24,000 bases of DNA from Porticoccaceae bacterium (GTDB taxonomy: Bacteria; Pseudomonadota; Gammaproteobacteria; Pseudomonadales; Porticoccaceae): positions 12,974-36,973 of the forward strand of contig JAKFFI010000049.1 in NCBI GenBank assembly GCA_036677085.1. The letters are read 5' to 3'. The notes below the pieces were generated by a model. That model was not told where the DNA came from and ran no database searches. It saw only the letters and a list, made by a program, of their open reading frames with translations. Below, piece by piece: positions 23,441 to 24,000 of the stretch; the stretch's first letter is position 1, and the number at the start of each line of letters is the position of its first letter. The position numbers and the translations under genes are program-made.

Positions 23441-24000
23441 TCAGTGCGCCGTAAAGCCGCCGTCGATGACCAGCTCGGAACCGGTCATGTAGCGGGACTC
23501 ATCGGAAGCCAGAAACAGGATGCCGTAGGCCTGGTCGATGGGCTCGGCCATATGGCCCACCACAATCTCGCGGTTGATGCGCTCGGCATCCGCGGGCGAG
23601 AACAGGTCGATCGCGCTGTCCACCATGGGCGTCTTGGTGAAACCCGGATGCACCGAATTGACGCGGATGTTGTACTTTTTCTCGGCGCAGTAGAGGGCGG
23701 CGGATTTGGTGAACAGCCGCACGCCACCCTTGCTGGCGTTGTAGGCCGCGAATCTGGGGTCGCCCACCAATCCCTCGATGGACGAGATATTGATGATGCT
23801 GCCGCCGCCATTGAGCTTCATCTGCCGGATCGCGTGCTGGGTGCCCAGGAACACCGCTTCCATATTGACGCCGTTGACGAAGCGCCAGTGGGCGAGATCG
23901 CTGTTTTCCAGATCGGTTTCGACGCCCACGCCGGCGTTGTTGACCAGCACGTCGAGGCGGCCATGGTGGCGCACCGCCTCGGCGACCACTTCGGGCCAGC
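23441..24000 (-). CDS. Short-chain dehydrogenase/reductase, tandem paralogue of 22663-23427; N-terminal part lies outside the window
   Basis: The frame is open to the window edge. The visible 182+ residues are about 80-85% identical by eye to the downstream SDR (same NNAGVG, ISSIEG, YNASKGGVRLFTKSAALYCAEKKYNIRVNSVHPGFTKTPM and VIDGGFTAH). Confidence 0.9.
   Translation of the reverse strand, partial: WPEVVAEAVRHHGRLDVLVNNAGVGVETDLENSDLAHWRFVNGVNMEAVFLGTQHAIRQMKLNGGGSIINISSIEGLVGDPRFAAYNASKGGVRLFTKSAALYCAEKKYNIRVNSVHPGFTKTPMVDSAIDLFSPADAERINREIVVGHMAEPIDQAYGILFLASDESRYMTGSELVIDGGFTAH

Noticed and set aside
1-24000. Search for tRNA, rRNA, CRISPR arrays, IS elements, integrases or toxin-antitoxin pairs
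   Set aside because: No cloverleaf-like conserved T-arm sequences, no regularly spaced direct repeats and no transposase or integrase-like translations were seen in any frame. This eye-based scan cannot exclude small ncRNAs.

Overview
High-GC (about mid-60s % by spot counts on 60-nt lines), gene-dense, proteobacterial-looking chromosomal segment. All family calls come from motifs recognised by eye; no database search was possible. Left to right: the 3' part of ettA, a LemA-family gene, and an L,D-transpeptidase convergent with an Lpp/OprI-like lipoprotein. Next come a SPOR lipoprotein with a DUF4404-like gene, and amtB behind a good sigma54 promoter match and followed by a 58-bp tandem duplication. 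Then a cobalamin-riboswitch-controlled operon (btuB-like TonB receptor plus DUF6580-type membrane protein), a secreted repeat protein, a short potD-like relic, radA, a DnaT-like/lambda-P-like gene pair, and aceK. The standout is a visibly lower-GC block of about 4.2 kb (about 15.5-19.7 kb) on the minus strand. It carries a complete copper membrane monooxygenase (CuMMO) operon in C-A-B order with all canonical copper ligands intact. It also carries an uncharacterised fourth gene for a signal-peptide, periplasmic-domain, C-terminal-anchor protein whose mature N-terminus may be a histidine. To the right lie a divergent AraC-family regulator, three SDR dehydrogenases (two are tandem paralogues) and an orphan ParA-like ATPase. 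I recognised no tRNA, rRNA, CRISPR array, transposase or integrase. Many long ORFs in the six-frame track are antisense artefacts of the high GC content.
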